The translations under genes and the position numbers were made by a program. A stretch of DNA of 63,915 nucleotides, filler included, from Armatimonadota bacterium (GTDB lineage: Bacteria; Armatimonadota; Fimbriimonadia; Fimbriimonadales; Fimbriimonadaceae): NCBI GenBank assembly GCA_031400935.1. It is 8 parts of 8 records of this genome, joined end to end, with 100 filler letters (N's around TTAATTAATTAA, not from the genome) between each part and the next. Parts side by side here need not be neighbours in the genome. Positions count along the whole stretch, not along the records: positions 38,391 to 50,334 come from JANNQV010000026.1; positions 50,435 to 54,331 come from JANNQV010000029.1; 6 more parts are not named here. One strand, given 5' to 3'. Below the pieces are notes generated by a model, which was not told the DNA's origin, ran no database searches, and saw only the letters and a program-made list of their open reading frames with translations. Of the stretch, positions 40,519 to 50,803 are shown piece by piece (the stretch's first letter is position 1; each line of letters opens with the position of its first letter).

Positions 40519-40574
40519 GTTAAGATTGTACCGACTGCCCACCAATTTAACGCCATCGCCGAGTAAAGTAGGTT

Positions 40575-41588
40575 GTGAGCAGAATCAGCCAAGGTGACAC
40601 TCTTTCAAGAGCTTTGCCTGCGTGGCTTGCAACAAATGGCCCCCAAAGCGATGTTTGCTTGAGTTCTCGCGCCCGGATCATGCGCAATGTCGCCGGTTTC
40701 AAATTCCCGCATCAAGCTTCTGAATTTGACCTAAAGGCAGTTTGCGATATGTGCTCGCATTCAATATCCAAGAATCTTGGTCTAAGCGTTTTGCGAGGCA
40801 TTGGAGAATCTGAACGCGATGGTTTCATCGCTAGCCGTCTGATTTCGCACGACTTCCAAACGGATTCACTGGGGCGCGCGCTGTGTTTGGATAACGTTCT
40901 TTCAACGAGCATCATGATCAATGAAGAAGATCATTTGCGAATTCAATCTATCCTGCCAGGTTGGAATATCGAAGCCGCTTCCTCACAGGCAAAGATTGAG
41001 CTTGAATTGCTGAAAGATATTGACTTCGCTTGGTCGCCAAAATATGGCTTTTTGTCGGCAAGCCCGTTTAACTGCGGCGAAGGAATTCGATTGTCTGCAA
41101 TGTTCCACTTGGTTGCTCTAGCGACTACGAAACGGCTTCCTAGAGTCCTCAGAGCACTTGATGCCATGAAAGTCGTAGGAAGAGGGCTGTACGGCGAATC
41201 GAGCAAGGCAATTGGTGCTTTTGTCCAATTGAGCGTAGCCAGAGACGATATGGGAGCGATTCGCGCTGCTGGCGAGGTCGTCATGCAGGAAGAGCGCTCG
41301 GAACGACAGGCATTGGGGATTGAAAGTCTTCGGGGCAAGGCTGTTGATGCTTTTCAATTTGCGGTTGCCGCGAGGACGATAGGTCTGGCTGATGGCCTAA
41401 GAGTCCTGGGTTGGGCCAGATGGGCAGCTTCTGAAAGTTTGCTCGAATCCATTACCCCTTGCAATATTGATGCAATGCTGGCGCGATTTGAGCCCCGATT
41501 CACAAATGATTCACCTGATATCGCTCGCAAAAGGGCAATTCGACTGAGAACATTTTTGGAGCCAATTTGGGGCAAATTACGGACTTGA
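40575..41588 (+). CDS. mcsB: McsB-like ATP:guanido phosphotransferase
   Basis: LSSRAR..RN..G..FP, INEEDHLRIQ, GRGLYGE.S...G. Confidence 0.75.
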   Translation: MSRISQGDTLSRALPAWLATNGPQSDVCLSSRARIMRNVAGFKFPHQASEFDLKAVCDMCSHSISKNLGLSVLRGIGESERDGFIASRLISHDFQTDSLGRALCLDNVLSTSIMINEEDHLRIQSILPGWNIEAASSQAKIELELLKDIDFAWSPKYGFLSASPFNCGEGIRLSAMFHLVALATTKRLPRVLRALDAMKVVGRGLYGESSKAIGAFVQLSVARDDMGAIRAAGEVVMQEERSERQALGIESLRGKAVDAFQFAVAARTIGLADGLRVLGWARWAASESLLESITPCNIDAMLARFEPRFTNDSPDIARKRAIRLRTFLEPIWGKLRT

Positions 41589-41592
41589 AGTT

Positions 41593-41640
41593 GATTCGGT
41601 TTGGTTCGGAATTGTTCGGCATAGTTCGGAAAGATTCTGG
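41593..41640. repeat. TTCGG direct repeats at 10-bp spacing
   Basis: ttcgg at 41595, 41605, 41615, 41625 and ttctgg at 41635. Confidence 0.6.
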
Positions 41641-41773
41641 ACGAATCTGGACACCAAATTGATCGGCCAAATCCGGTCGTGGACAAGCCGTTGATAACCC
41701 GGTGTATAAGCGATTCAAAAAAAGTGAAGATTTTTGCTCCAATACCACCCCTTGGGTCGTATCATTACTTGCG

Positions 41774-41789
41774 ACGCAAGATATGGGGT
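41774..41789. promoter_or_regulatory. Possible NrdR box
   Basis: acgCAAGATATGGggt versus consensus acaCwAtATaTwGtgt; no clear tandem partner. Confidence 0.35.
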
Positions 41790-41802
41790 TTTAGGAGGGG
41801 CG

Positions 41803-42285
41803 ATGAGGTGTCCGTATTGTGGCTGGGAAGGGCAAAAAGTGTTGGATTCACGTCCTGCACGAGAAGGCGATGCCATTCGCCGAAGACGAGAATGCGAGAG
41901 CTGCCAGCGGAGATTTACAACCTTTGAAGCGCCAGAAATCCCGAGGCTTTTTGTAGTCAAACGTGACGGCAGCAGAGAAGATTTCCGAATCGAAAAAGTG
42001 TTGAATAGCATGATGCTCGCCTCGCGGAAGCGGCCGTTGGTGCTAGATAGTTTGAAATTGGCAGCGGACCGGATCGAGCGAGAATTGATCAGTCGGTTTG
42101 AAGAAGAAGTTTCTTCAAACACAATCGGCCAAATGGTTTTGGAAGAGTTGCGCGACATTGATGTCGTCGCATTTGTTCGCTTTGCGAGCGTTTATCAGGA
42201 GTTTTCAACAATTGAAGACTTCAAGAAAATGATCGAGTCGGTTCGACGGGGAAGTCGGCTCAAAGAAAAATCTCTTGCAATATAG
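41803..42285 (+). CDS. nrdR: Transcriptional repressor NrdR
   Basis: AGGAGG RBS; MRCPYC...VLDSR...IRRRREC..C..RFTTFE; ATP cone; VRFASVY. Confidence 0.96.
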   Translation: MRCPYCGWEGQKVLDSRPAREGDAIRRRRECESCQRRFTTFEAPEIPRLFVVKRDGSREDFRIEKVLNSMMLASRKRPLVLDSLKLAADRIERELISRFEEEVSSNTIGQMVLEELRDIDVVAFVRFASVYQEFSTIEDFKKMIESVRRGSRLKEKSLAI

Positions 42286-42332
42286 AGATTTGTCTACTAT
42301 AATATAGAGACATCACGGAGGATAGGGAAGAT

Positions 42333-45300
42333 ATGAAAATTCGAAGATACTTTACACAAGCGGGGAAAGGGGCGTTTCACGGAATCGAGTTCGAGGCTCG
42401 AAAGAGCGAGATTCGCAATCCAGATGGCAGCACTGTTTTTAGCATGGAAAATGTCATGGTTCCGGCTCATTGGAGCCAGGTCGCCACTGACATTCTCGCC
42501 CAAAAGTATTTTCGAAAGGCTGGGCTCCAGTCTGGCAAACCATCGGATCGGCATTTGAGCGAATTTACGTCCGGTGACGATGAATGTGAAACCGATTCTC
42601 GTGAAGTGTTCCACCGGTTAGCCGGTTGCTGGCGATATTGGGGTGAGAAATCCGGTTATTTCGACACGAAGAAGGATGCCCAAGCCTTCTATGATGAACT
42701 TTGCCATATGCTTGCGAAGCAGATAGCGGCGCCAAATTCGCCTCAATGGTTCAACACCGGCTTGCATTATGCCTATGGAATAGAAGGGGTTCCCCAGGGC
42801 CACTACTTCGTCGAACCAGCATCCGGTGAGTTGACTCGCAGCAAAAACGCTTACGAGCGTCCTCAGCCTCACGCCTGCTTCATTTTGAGCGTCAGCGATG
42901 ATTTGGTAAATGAAGGCGGGATCATGGATCTTTGGACTCGCGAAGCTCGAATTTTCAAATATGGCTCTGGCGTTGGCACTAATTTCTCGAAGATTCGTGG
43001 CGAAAGCGAATCACTCAGCGGCGGCGGAAAATCGAGCGGCTTAATGAGCTTTTTGCGGGTTGGAGACCGTTCTGCAGGAGCGATTAAGTCTGGGGGAACG
43101 ACTCGCCGCGCCGCCAAAATGGTTTGCCTTGATATTGACCATCCAGATATCGAATCTTTCATCAAATGGAAGGTGATTGAAGAGCAAAAAGTGGCTTCTC
43201 TGGTGACTGGTTCGCATTTGAATCAAAAGCATTTGAACGCTGTGATTCGAGCTTGCAATTCATTCATCGAGCCTGATTCGAGGGATGCTTTTGATCCACG
43301 GAAGAATGCAGACTTGAAAAGAGCGATTGCGGAAGCAAAAATTGATCTGATTCCCCTCAATTACATCCAAAGGGCGATTCAGCTTGCGGAGCAAGGGATT
43401 ACCGCGATTGAGTTTCCCACTTATGACACTGGATACGAGTCAGATGCTTATATGACTGTTAGCGGGCAGAACTCAAATAATTCTGTCCGGATTCCTGCTT
43501 TGTTTTTCGCGGCAGTAGAGAATGACGACACTTGGGATTTGAAACGGCGGTCAGATGGTAAGACGTCTAAGCAATTATCTGCTAAGGAATTGTGGGATGA
43601 TATATGTTATTCGACATGGGCATGCGCCGATCCTGGAATTCAGTATGATACGACCATAAACGATTGGCATACGTGCCCGGTTGATGGGCCGATTCGGGCA
43701 AGCAATCCATGTTCGGAATACATGTTTTTGGATGACACGGCATGCAATTTGGCGAGCATCAATTTGCTCCGATTGTTCGACGCCGAAACAGGAAAGTTTG
43801 ACATCGAAGGATATCGCCATGCGATTCATCTTTGGACAATTGTTCTAGAAATTTCTGTATTGATGGCTCAGTTTCCGAGCCAAGAAATCGCAAGACTCAG
43901 CCACGATTTTCGAACTTTAGGGTTAGGCTATGCAAATCTTGGGGCGTTGTTAATGCAAATGTCATTGCCTTATGATTCGTCGCAGGCGAGAGCCATCTCT
44001 GGGGCGTTGACCGCAATATTGGGCGGGGAAAGCTATTCCACTTCGGCTGAAATGGCAAAGGAATTGGGTGCTTTTCGTAGGTTTGAGGCCAATAAGGAAC
44101 CTATGCTTCGAGTCATTCGAAATCACCGCCGTGCGGCCTACAATTCTGCGAAAGATGACTATGAGGCGTTGAGTGTTTTACCTGTAGGAATTGACCCTGA
44201 CGAATGCCCTACCGACATGCTAAAAGCAGCTCGAGAAGCATGGGACAAAGCATTAGATTTGGGCGAGCAATTTGGATATAGAAATGCTCAAGTTACTGTG
44301 CTCGCTCCGACAGGAACGATCGGCCTCGTCATGGACTGCGACACAACCGGAATCGAGCCAGATTTTGCACTGGTAAAGTTCAAGAAGCTTGCAGGCGGCG
44401 GATACTTCAAGATCATCAATCAGTCAATCCCGCCTGCTCTTGATCGGCTTGGTTACAATCAGGAGCAGATCGAGGACATCGTTTCCTACTGTGTGGGTCG
44501 GAAGTCTTTGATGGGCGCACCGTACATCAACCACGAAACTTTGAAGGCTAAGGGCTTTTCTGAAGAAGTTCTAGACCGGCTGGAAGAGAGCCTTGAAAAT
44601 GCCTTTGAGCTTCAATTCGTATTCAATAAATTCAATCTAGGCGAAGAGTTCTGCATTCATTCACTTGGATTTACTGAAGCTCAATTGAACGACTGGAGCT
44701 TTAATATGCTAGAAGCTTTGGGCTTTACAAAGGAACATACTTTGGCGGCTAACGAATATGTCTGCGGAACCATGACTGTAGAGGGAGCACCTCATTTGCG
44801 ATTAGAGCACTATCCTGTTTTTGATTGTGCAAACAAGTGCGGACGCCGGGGTGAAAGGTTTATTTCTGCCGATGGGCACATACGCGCAATGGCGGCAGCC
44901 CAGCCATTTCTTTCTGGTGCGATTAGCAAGACGATCAATCTGCCAGCCTCAGCATCTATTGATGACATCGGCAATTCATATTTGCAATCATGGAAATTGG
45001 GATTGAAGGCGAATGCGCTGTATCGAGACGGTTCGAAGCTCAGCCAGCCGCTTAATTCGAGTTCAGACGATGCCGCCGCAGCGATTTTGGAGGCAGCACT
45101 CGATGATGTTGGCCGCGAGCAGTTAGCGGTTGGCAGTTTGGTGGCCAGCGTTAGTTCCAATCCTGAAACGTCCCATGACGCGATCATGGCAACGGCCCAA
45201 AAACTGGTCTATCGCTACATAGCAAAGCGACGCCCAATGCCCGCAAGGCGTAAAGGCTACACCCAAAAGGCACGGGTAGGCGGACACAAGGTTTATTTGC

Positions 45301-46049
45301 GAACTGGTGAATATGAAGATGGCGCGCTCGGCGAGGTTTTCATTGACATGCACCGAGAGGGCGCGGCTTTTAGATCTCTAATGAATTGCTTTGCCATCGC
45401 AATTTCTCTCGGTTTGCAATACGGAGTTCCGTTGGAAGAGTTTGTTGAAGCGTTCGTTTTCACCCGATTTGAGCCGAACGGCACGGTGCAAGGCCATGAC
45501 AATATCAAAATGTCAACTTCGGTGATTGATTACATCTTCCGCGAACTTGCGTTTAGCTATTTGGAGAGAAACGACCTGGTACAAGTGAAGCCAGAAGATC
45601 TCCGCGGAGATACTGTCGGCCGTCCAGACCAGATTCCAGACTATGACGAGGAAGAAGAGGCAGGCGAAGTATCTGGGACGATTCCCGGAGCCGCACGAGT
45701 GGATAACGAAAGCAAGGGTTTTCAGCAAGGGGTGCAGGCATATCTGTCTCCTACAGATTCGCAATCCAGAGAGAGAATTCAAGGGGGAGAGGGAGCACCC
45801 CTTTCCAATCCGATCAACTCCGAGCAAGGTCGAAGCAATCCGAATAGCGAATCGCCAATCGCGAATAACGAACCGATGACCGTCTCTCAACTCACTCAGG
45901 CCCCAGGCGAGATGATGGAAAAGATTCGGGAAGCCAGACTCAAGGGCTATGAAGGCGATCCATGTGGAAATTGCGGGGCGTTTACTTTGGTTAGGAATGG
46001 CGTTTGTATGAAGTGCAACTCGTGCGGGGAGACGAGTGGGTGCAGTTGA
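42333..46049 (+). CDS. nrdJ: Vitamin B12-dependent (class II) ribonucleotide reductase
   Basis: [47 protein letters not shown] region, C-terminal Zn ribbon. Confidence 0.95.
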   Translation: MKIRRYFTQAGKGAFHGIEFEARKSEIRNPDGSTVFSMENVMVPAHWSQVATDILAQKYFRKAGLQSGKPSDRHLSEFTSGDDECETDSREVFHRLAGCWRYWGEKSGYFDTKKDAQAFYDELCHMLAKQIAAPNSPQWFNTGLHYAYGIEGVPQGHYFVEPASGELTRSKNAYERPQPHACFILSVSDDLVNEGGIMDLWTREARIFKYGSGVGTNFSKIRGESESLSGGGKSSGLMSFLRVGDRSAGAIKSGGTTRRAAKMVCLDIDHPDIESFIKWKVIEEQKVASLVTGSHLNQKHLNAVIRACNSFIEPDSRDAFDPRKNADLKRAIAEAKIDLIPLNYIQRAIQLAEQGITAIEFPTYDTGYESDAYMTVSGQNSNNSVRIPALFFAAVENDDTWDLKRRSDGKTSKQLSAKELWDDICYSTWACADPGIQYDTTINDWHTCPVDGPIRASNPCSEYMFLDDTACNLASINLLRLFDAETGKFDIEGYRHAIHLWTIVLEISVLMAQFPSQEIARLSHDFRTLGLGYANLGALLMQMSLPYDSSQARAISGALTAILGGESYSTSAEMAKELGAFRRFEANKEPMLRVIRNHRRAAYNSAKDDYEALSVLPVGIDPDECPTDMLKAAREAWDKALDLGEQFGYRNAQVTVLAPTGTIGLVMDCDTTGIEPDFALVKFKKLAGGGYFKIINQSIPPALDRLGYNQEQIEDIVSYCVGRKSLMGAPYINHETLKAKGFSEEVLDRLEESLENAFELQFVFNKFNLGEEFCIHSLGFTEAQLNDWSFNMLEALGFTKEHTLAANEYVCGTMTVEGAPHLRLEHYPVFDCANKCGRRGERFISADGHIRAMAAAQPFLSGAISKTINLPASASIDDIGNSYLQSWKLGLKANALYRDGSKLSQPLNSSSDDAAAAILEAALDDVGREQLAVGSLVASVSSNPETSHDAIMATAQKLVYRYIAKRRPMPARRKGYTQKARVGGHKVYLRTGEYEDGALGEVFIDMHREGAAFRSLMNCFAIAISLGLQYGVPLEEFVEAFVFTRFEPNGTVQGHDNIKMSTSVIDYIFRELAFSYLERNDLVQVKPEDLRGDTVGRPDQIPDYDEEEEAGEVSGTIPGAARVDNESKGFQQGVQAYLSPTDSQSRERIQGGEGAPLSNPINSEQGRSNPNSESPIANNEPMTVSQLTQAPGEMMEKIREARLKGYEGDPCGNCGAFTLVRNGVCMKCNSCGETSGCS

Positions 46050-46726
46050 TGAGAGATAAGATCGAGTTTTCGAATGTTACAGACGATGCCCTACTTCGAC
46101 TCGCTAGAACTGTAGGACAATTAGCTGATGAAGACCCGAGTACGGAATTTGACGATGTTCGGTGGATACCAGACATCCTAGGGCGAGATGACCAAGAACA
46201 TGGCGTCGTCACAATTCGGGGTGCACAAAGATCAGTGTATGTAAGGCTCGTCATTGCTGAAGCAAGACTCCGTGGCCGCAAGGCTAATCGAGAAGGGTTG
46301 GACCCCGACGTATGTCCTCATAGTGCTGTGGTTGGCGAAATTGACAAATGGACAGCTCTGAAGCGAACAGCATGGTTGAACGGATACAAATCAATTGAGC
46401 CCGGAATTACAATAAACGTGCAGGAACCTGACGATACGCTGGCACTTTCAACGTTGATGGCTCTTCCGATTCGGTCAACTGAAAGTTTTGATCAAAAGTT
46501 GCTGACATTATCGAAAGCGTATGATGGGTTAAGTGACGCTGTGTTACTTGCATTAGCTCGTGTAGCAATTGAAGCGGCTAAGAAACCTTCAAGAAAGCAA
46601 AACGGATTGCGATACGTACTTTCTGATAGGTCACCGAAATCACCGGCAGTTCGAGTGCACTATAGACTGAACAACCGATTCATCGAGGGAGTTGATTTAG
46701 AACCACTATTAGACTTTATTGACTAA
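46049..46726 (+). CDS. Hypothetical protein translationally coupled to nrdJ
   Basis: TGATG stop/start overlap; 225-aa ORF with no recognised motif. Confidence 0.55.
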   Translation: MRDKIEFSNVTDDALLRLARTVGQLADEDPSTEFDDVRWIPDILGRDDQEHGVVTIRGAQRSVYVRLVIAEARLRGRKANREGLDPDVCPHSAVVGEIDKWTALKRTAWLNGYKSIEPGITINVQEPDDTLALSTLMALPIRSTESFDQKLLTLSKAYDGLSDAVLLALARVAIEAAKKPSRKQNGLRYVLSDRSPKSPAVRVHYRLNNRFIEGVDLEPLLDFID

Positions 46727-46883
46727 CCGTTCGGACACAGAAACGACTTATTGCAACTTCGCCTAAACTCCATCCGCATGGAGTTAGGTAAGGGAGTGAT
46801 TTGTGTATCGATGTTTGATAATTCTCTGAGCGAAAATGTCCATTAAAATCAAGGGGAAATACTGATGGAATTGAGAGAGCCTG

Positions 46884-48806
46884 TTGAAATTACCGCAAAG
46901 GACTGATTCGCATAATTTAGAGGACTTGGCCGTATCCGCCTTCATTGCAAAGGTACCGAATGACCTGTTTCTGCCGCGCTTTCAGACAGGACGAGATTAC
47001 GGAAGAGACAAGCACTTAGAAGTATTGATTGACGGGAATCCCGCAAACATCAATGTATCGATCCAGATAAAGGGAAAGAGCACATATCAAAAGTCAATTG
47101 TTAGATCACATTCTCTGAAAGTAGTTACTGTTAATTACTTATTAAATGGAACTGCTCCTCAACTTATCGTTTATGCTAAAGATGAAGATCAACTGTATGT
47201 TTCGAATGTTAGAGACGAAGTTCATAGGTTAAATCTCGAGAATTCAGGCTGGGAAGAAAAGACCAATGTTACGTTGCGCCTCAAAACTTTAGACTTGAAT
47301 GAATTTATTCAGATTCACACTCAAGCCATTGACGAAAGTCGGGCCGCAGCGAGAGTTAATGATATCTTCAGGAATGCTTCGTATTTGGATGCAACACTTG
47401 TACTTAAGTCAGATGGCGAGATTCAATTCGTCTCTCAAGATGATGCAGTAACAATATTAACGGCGACTGGTTACTCAATTCTGGGATCCGGTAATTTTGA
47501 CTACTTCGATCGACTATTGACCGTTATTTCTGCACCTTCGCGAAAAAACGACAAAATACTCTTATTGCAGGCTTACTCGTGCTTATTGAGAAATGACTGC
47601 CACAATGCAAGAGTTAAGCTCAATTCTCTGAGCGGTACCGATGACCTAAAGAAAGCTGACAAGCAATTCGCCAAGTATTGCGAAATGTGGATAAGGCACC
47701 GAACTGGAGAACTTTCCTCAGAAGAATTGTTAAAGCAAACCGTTCAAGATGAAGGAGACCTCCTGAGCCTAATTCTGCGAAAGGAAGCGCTCAGATCACT
47801 CTTAGCACAGAGTGCATCGTTAGGCTCATTCGAGGCACTGAAGCCTATTGAAGAGATGGTAGAAAGGATCTTAACCCATCCGGATGCAACTGAGTTAACG
47901 CGAATGGGAGCTAAATCGAGTCTGTTACTTGCTGCAGGGATGTCTTTTTGCCAAACCTTACTTTTGGCGACGCGGAAACATTCGGCGCTAAGGCTGATAA
48001 ATAGAGATTCTAGTATACATGGAAGCCTACAGCTGTTCATTCCAAACATGAACTGCATCCTTGCTGAACTAGCGGAGATTGCAGAAAGAGCACGTCTAGT
48101 TGGTAATCCGCTAGTGCTATGCGAGACAATACGAGTCATTCTAACACTACGGCATTGTGTTATCTGCTTATTAAATATGCTCAAGGATGAACACTCGATA
48201 GATATAATTGAATATGCAGAATCTTCCAAGAATCTAATTTCCTATGTAATGGAAATAGTTGGTACTTTGGATTATCAAGAGTGTGAGATTCAATTGCGAA
48301 TAATGAGAATTGAGCTTGACTTAATGTGTGGCATTGAAAGTGATCAATCAGAACTAAATTCTTTACTCGCACAAAGCAAAGCACTTAGCCAAAGTAGTCA
48401 TATACATTCTATAGAGTCGATAATGGATGGTACCTCCATTTTTTTCAGAGATCAACCGCGGCCCAGGCCCATGTCGTTTTATGCAAACTCTACTGATGAG
48501 CAACTGGTACAAAGCGCAAAACAACAGGCTGAAGACGCAGACCTTTTACCATTCGAGTTCGGCTATGTGTTAGAAGATTTGGAGAGCTTTCGCGAGTTGG
48601 CGAAACACCGAGTTGCCCACTGCAAGCACCTAGAAGTTGACCAAATACCAGTTCAGACATTCTATGGGCGGTCATCACTATTCCAATCATATTGCTTGGG
48701 AGGTTTTGGGAAGTCATCGATTGAATGCAGGACTCTTAATGATTCCATTGAAGGATTCAAATTATCACATTGCTCTACTTGCCCACATCGGTGTCCGGCT
48801 GAATGA
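46884..48806 (+). CDS. DUF4365 (PD-(D/E)xK-like) domain protein with helical repeats and Cys-rich C-terminus
   Basis: LPQR...H.LE, RDYGRD..LEV, IQIKG, VNYLLN; C-terminal HCKHLE...YC...HCSTCPHRCP. Confidence 0.7.
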   Translation: MKLPQRTDSHNLEDLAVSAFIAKVPNDLFLPRFQTGRDYGRDKHLEVLIDGNPANINVSIQIKGKSTYQKSIVRSHSLKVVTVNYLLNGTAPQLIVYAKDEDQLYVSNVRDEVHRLNLENSGWEEKTNVTLRLKTLDLNEFIQIHTQAIDESRAAARVNDIFRNASYLDATLVLKSDGEIQFVSQDDAVTILTATGYSILGSGNFDYFDRLLTVISAPSRKNDKILLLQAYSCLLRNDCHNARVKLNSLSGTDDLKKADKQFAKYCEMWIRHRTGELSSEELLKQTVQDEGDLLSLILRKEALRSLLAQSASLGSFEALKPIEEMVERILTHPDATELTRMGAKSSLLLAAGMSFCQTLLLATRKHSALRLINRDSSIHGSLQLFIPNMNCILAELAEIAERARLVGNPLVLCETIRVILTLRHCVICLLNMLKDEHSIDIIEYAESSKNLISYVMEIVGTLDYQECEIQLRIMRIELDLMCGIESDQSELNSLLAQSKALSQSSHIHSIESIMDGTSIFFRDQPRPRPMSFYANSTDEQLVQSAKQQAEDADLLPFEFGYVLEDLESFRELAKHRVAHCKHLEVDQIPVQTFYGRSSLFQSYCLGGFGKSSIECRTLNDSIEGFKLSHCSTCPHRCPAE

Positions 48807-48960
48807 ACTGAAATGCACTTTGATTAACAGATCAATTTACTCAACAAAACAAGTACTTCTTCTCTATGTCATTACATCGCTGAATCTGAGCGAGCCGCGA
48901 ACTGGAATGACGAACCACTTTAAGGTAACGAAGTGCTATTCTGGAGACCACAATAACCCT

Positions 48961-49200
48961 GTGCGCTCAAACGGAATCCCCACCCTCCTCATCATCTGCG
49001 GGCTACCTGGCACCGGCAAGACGACCCTTGCCAAGCGGTTCGAAGCCAATGAGCACGTCGTCCGCCTCTGCCCGGATGATTGGATTCATAAGCTCGGTGT
49101 TAGCCTTTGGGACGACGAATTGCACACTCGTATCGAATCCATCAAAGCCGATCTCGCTTGCCGAGCATCACCGAAGCCGAAAACACCCTTGCGATTATGA
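48961..49200 (+). pseudogene. Truncated AAA_33 P-loop kinase fragment
   Basis: LLIICGLPGTGKTTLAK...RLCPDDW, ends after about 79 aa. Confidence 0.6.
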
Positions 49201-49329
49201 GGCTGAAAGGAAAAACCATCCAAGTCAAAGGCGGCTGATTTCGAAAAGTGGCAATTGGACAAAGGAAATTCCATACCCCGTAAAGCGATTTCCGTTAGAT
49301 TTGATCGAAACCTGCGCTACAATATCAAC

Positions 49330-50241
49330 ATGATTACTGCATTTTTAGCAGCAGCCTCGATTGCCCAACTCCCCGGACTTGGAAACAAGCTCCCTGGAAT
49401 CCCCGGACTCGACGCCATTTTCAAAAAAGGCCCCGCCATCACCACTTCTCTCAAAGATTGTAAATGGGAAGCGATTGACAGGGACAATTTCAACCCAACC
49501 TGCGACGACCTTTTTAAGCTCGAACGTGGCCCGAACGACGGATTTATGCTAAAAGCTGGAGCCTGGGAATCGCTCCAGCAATCTTACTGACTAAAGGCAG
49601 GCACTCACGGCCCGGGTGGCGGTGACGGCTTTCTTTACGCTCCTCCAAAGGGGCCATTAGAGAAGATTGTGATTTCTTTGGTCCAGAACTCAGTAGACCA
49701 TTCCGATATTTCGCAGCACGATATTCAGATTCTACTTTGGGCGATTATTGCGCGCACAAAGTTTTCGGATTTATCTCGCGAAATGCAGGCGACTGCCGCG
49801 AGATTGCTAACCACTAGAGAGATATTAGATCTTAATGGCGGGGCACTGGGAATTTTGACCGATGACAAACTTGCGGGTGCCTTCATCAAGGAACCGCCGC
49901 TTTTGAGACAAATTTATGAAGCAGAAGCAAGGATCCGAAACATGCTCACCAACCCAGGAGCAACCTTTGCCGATCTTGAGCGAATTGCAGTTTTGACCGG
50001 AGAAGCGCCGTGGGGAAAGGATAGCCGCGCGATTCCGAGCGGAAGGTGGAGCCTGCATCCCGACGGCTACTATATCCGCTATGTTCCATCTGGATATTCT
50101 CAGACGCGGATTCAAATTTTTGTTGAAGAAGGTTCAAGGGCCGATGGCGTGGAGTTCGACCCTGCTACGCATATCGCCGTGCCAGGGAACACGGCTCGGC
50201 AGCGGATTATGCAATCGGCAAGAAGATGGGCCGCCCACTAA
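49330..50241 (+). CDS. Exported protein with in-frame TGA (U87), candidate selenoprotein with thioester-domain-like motifs (303 aa)
   Basis: ORF-track entries ending 49590 and starting 49669 share a frame: QQSY-TGA-LKAGTHGPGGGDGFLYAPP...DIQILLWAII; hairpin follows the TGA. Confidence 0.7.
49605..49625 (+). promoter_or_regulatory. Putative SECIS element
   Basis: UCAC-G-GCC-[CGGGU]-GGC-G-GUGA; loop begins 23 nt after the UGA. Confidence 0.5.
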
Positions 50242-50334
50242 GAGCTTGAATTTTGGGAATTCTGTGCAAGAGTGTCTCAGTGCTTGCTATAAGAACGTCT
50301 AAGCATTGAGACCACTTTATGTTAGTTACTTCAC

Positions 50335-50434
50335 NNNNNNNNNNNNNNNNNNNNNNNNNNNNNNNNNNNNNNNNNNNNTTAATTAATTAANNNNNNNNNN
50401 NNNNNNNNNNNNNNNNNNNNNNNNNNNNNNNNNN
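50335..50434. other. Artificial contig linker
   Basis: N-run/TTAATTAATTAA/N-run. Confidence 0.99.
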
Positions 50435-50803
50435 CGGACCGAAGGATTCATTTTGAGATTCAAAGTCGAGCTCCGAATTGGCGGCTGCGCCCGAAGAAGG
50501 CAGTCCAGTTGCTGTAAATGTCATCGTATCGGCGCTGTCGCCACTATTCCCGGATGCAGGACCATTTCCACCAACTGAAAAAATGAAGTAAGTGTCCGCG
50601 TTCGTATCAACGAATGCTCTCTCGATCAGATCTCGGAGATAGGATTCAAATTTTTGTTCGGCACGAAACACTTCTCGCTGAGGGAGAATGGTTGTGTGGT
50701 AACGGACAGCGGCGGAATATGCCGCCGATGCTCCAACAGTAATCAGTGCCATCATCACGCTGACCACAAGCAGTTCTAAGAGTGTCAATCCACGTTTTCT
50801 CAT
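50435..50803 (-). CDS. GspJ-like minor pseudopilin, 3' truncated
   Basis: GLTLLELLV prepilin motif; fourth pilin in the G-H-I-J order. Confidence 0.7.

Noticed and set aside
42271..42310. aatatagaga duplicated between nrdR and nrdJ as tandem NrdR boxes
   Set aside because: The cores do not fit the 10-bp CwAtATaTwG pattern without an extra base.
42333..46049. Intein or intron in the long nrdJ
   Set aside because: No intein splice-junction or LAGLIDADG motifs were recognised; the length is explained by TSCPD, linker and Zn-ribbon regions.
31624..49590. Global UGA reassignment (genetic code 4 or 25)
   Set aside because: TGA terminates conserved genes at their expected ends (nrdJ ...TSGCS, rdgB, kdsB), and Trp is encoded by TGG.
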